Assembly: GCA_026770705.1 (NCBI GenBank)
Contig: JANJGN010000007.1
Coordinates: 109,988,001 to 110,052,000 of the forward strand
Direction: 5' to 3'
Origin: Isurus oxyrinchus
Taxonomy: Eukaryota
Length of the DNA stretch: 64,000 bases
In this document: positions 62,501 through 64,000 of the stretch, piece after piece
How positions within the stretch are numbered: position 1 is the first letter of the stretch
How the letters are laid out: each line of letters starts with the position of its first letter
Notes under the pieces: model-generated
Database searches by the model: none
The model's input: the letters and a program-made list of their open reading frames with translations, nothing else
What the model was told of the DNA's origin: nothing
Program-made: the position numbers and the translations under genes

Positions 62501-64000
62501 GAGCACCAGCCAAGTCAAGTCGGGTGCTGCAAAATACCGCTGGGTTGGGTTTGAAGAACTGATTAAGTCCGTGACTGATGAAAGCCACGCTTAATGGTGC
62601 TCAGGGAAACTGGGCTTACATGGCCATCATAATCTTGTGTCCGAGATGTTCATAAACTTCAGTTATAAATAAAATTAAACCTAGAAGTTAAAAAAAAGTT
62701 AGTTTGTGGTACATTGAAAAATGCAAACAGTTACTGCAATGAAAGGAATGATTTTCTCCTTTAAGTATGAACAATGCAATGAATTACAAGGCCATTAACT
62801 GATGAAATCCTTTTAAGAAAACTGCATTAGATTCAGATTTGAGGTTGCCCAATTGTATGCACTGAAGCAGCCAACTTGATCCAAACTGGAATCTCCAAGA
62901 GTCAGTTACACTTTACTCATAGGAATGGTTTTAGAAGTCAACTAATTCCTGGCAGAAAATAAAAGTCATGACAAAGCAAACTGTGAAACAGAGGGTGGTG
63001 GGGGTGGATACCTTTTGCTGGAGGTCTTCTTCTCCCTCAGCTCATGCAAATATTCCAACTCTTTATGGGGACAAAATTCTGAAAAAATGTACAATTGGCA
63101 CACATTGCTTAGCGTGAAAATTGTCCAGCAACTTTTGGTGCAGAAGAGATATTCCCTAAAATTGTGAATTGCTACAAGCTGCTGGACAATTCGTGCTACT
63201 CAATTCAGGAAAGCTAAATTCCCTTGAGATTTGTATATTAATTGCTCATTAAACTCAAGTTAAACTTAATTTTTAATCATGCAAGTACATGTTTAATGTG
63301 ATTTTACGGAAAACTATCAACCTCTAGCTCAGAAAGTAATTAAAAGTGCACAGTCCTGTTCCTTCAGTTATTGATAAAATAAAATTAGTTTTTTTCAACT
63401 AATCTTTGTATCCCTTTCAGATTTGACATTGAATTCACCAACTAACTCACCCTCCTTTTCAACCCTTCGTCTATTTCTCAATCCTTAAATCTCATTGCCC
63501 TTTTTGCCAAAGTGTATCTTTGACCCCCTCGTTCTGTTATCAGCTTGCACCTACAGCAATTTACAAAGCAAAAATTTTCACCTCAGTGTGCAGGAAATAG
63601 TCAACTAACCAGGTACACAAGACACAATGAGCTGAATTTGCTGAAGCAGGGCATCAACAGCAAGTGTCTGGGTGATCTAAAGGGATAGCCCAAATCAGAA
63701 TGTCTCTCCTCAGTTTTACATAATTTCAAGTAATGAGGTCCTTAAGACAAAAGGATGATAGTTCCTGTGAAGGGGCCTTAAACAAATGATGCGATAAAGG
63801 AAACTATGATGACTGGAGTAGCACCTTTAAAAATGTTAATGATTGCACCAATTTCTGCTGTGACTCATATATGAAAGCTGGTGGGGGAGAAAAATGAAAA
63901 AGGAACCATTCAAGACATCAGCTACCAGAATCCAGAGACTTAGTAACTCACTTGTTTGTTTAAACATTCCAAAAATTGGCTTTAAGTTACAGATAGTTCA

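Larger units (their letters stand above)
43888..62872 (+). repeat. Segmental/tandem duplication, unit 2
   Basis: Matches 7-13262, with additional unit-specific TE insertions. Confidence 0.93.

Overview
Vertebrate genomic DNA, most likely a cartilaginous fish (inferred from the repeat landscape: CR1 LINEs, GIY-YIG Penelope-like elements, L2-tailed SINE remnants). It is not prokaryotic. The window holds a + strand tandem cluster of three related Ig-superfamily receptor genes with the layout leader / VJ-type V domain / C1 domain / TM / cytoplasmic exons (SIRP/NKp30/VJC1-like, apparently non-rearranging). Copy A (1481-6827) splices into an intact 264-aa protein with an Arg at the N-terminal side of the TM, a stop early in the tail and decayed or deleted ITIM exons. 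Copy B (45364-59548) has TM Gly and ITIM/ITSM pairs but is disabled here by a stop, a transposon insertion and frameshifts. Copy C (about 23354-27005) is an older pseudogene. A and B are nearly identical over the ectodomain exons but much more diverged from the TM onward, the pattern expected for an activating/inhibitory paired-receptor system homogenised by gene conversion. Other signals: a decayed LicD/fukutin-like plus possible ricin-lectin gene upstream of copy B, two Tx1-like LINE insertions at the same 14-bp target, and palindromic hammerhead-ribozyme mini-elements with target-site duplications. All alignments and counts were made by eye.
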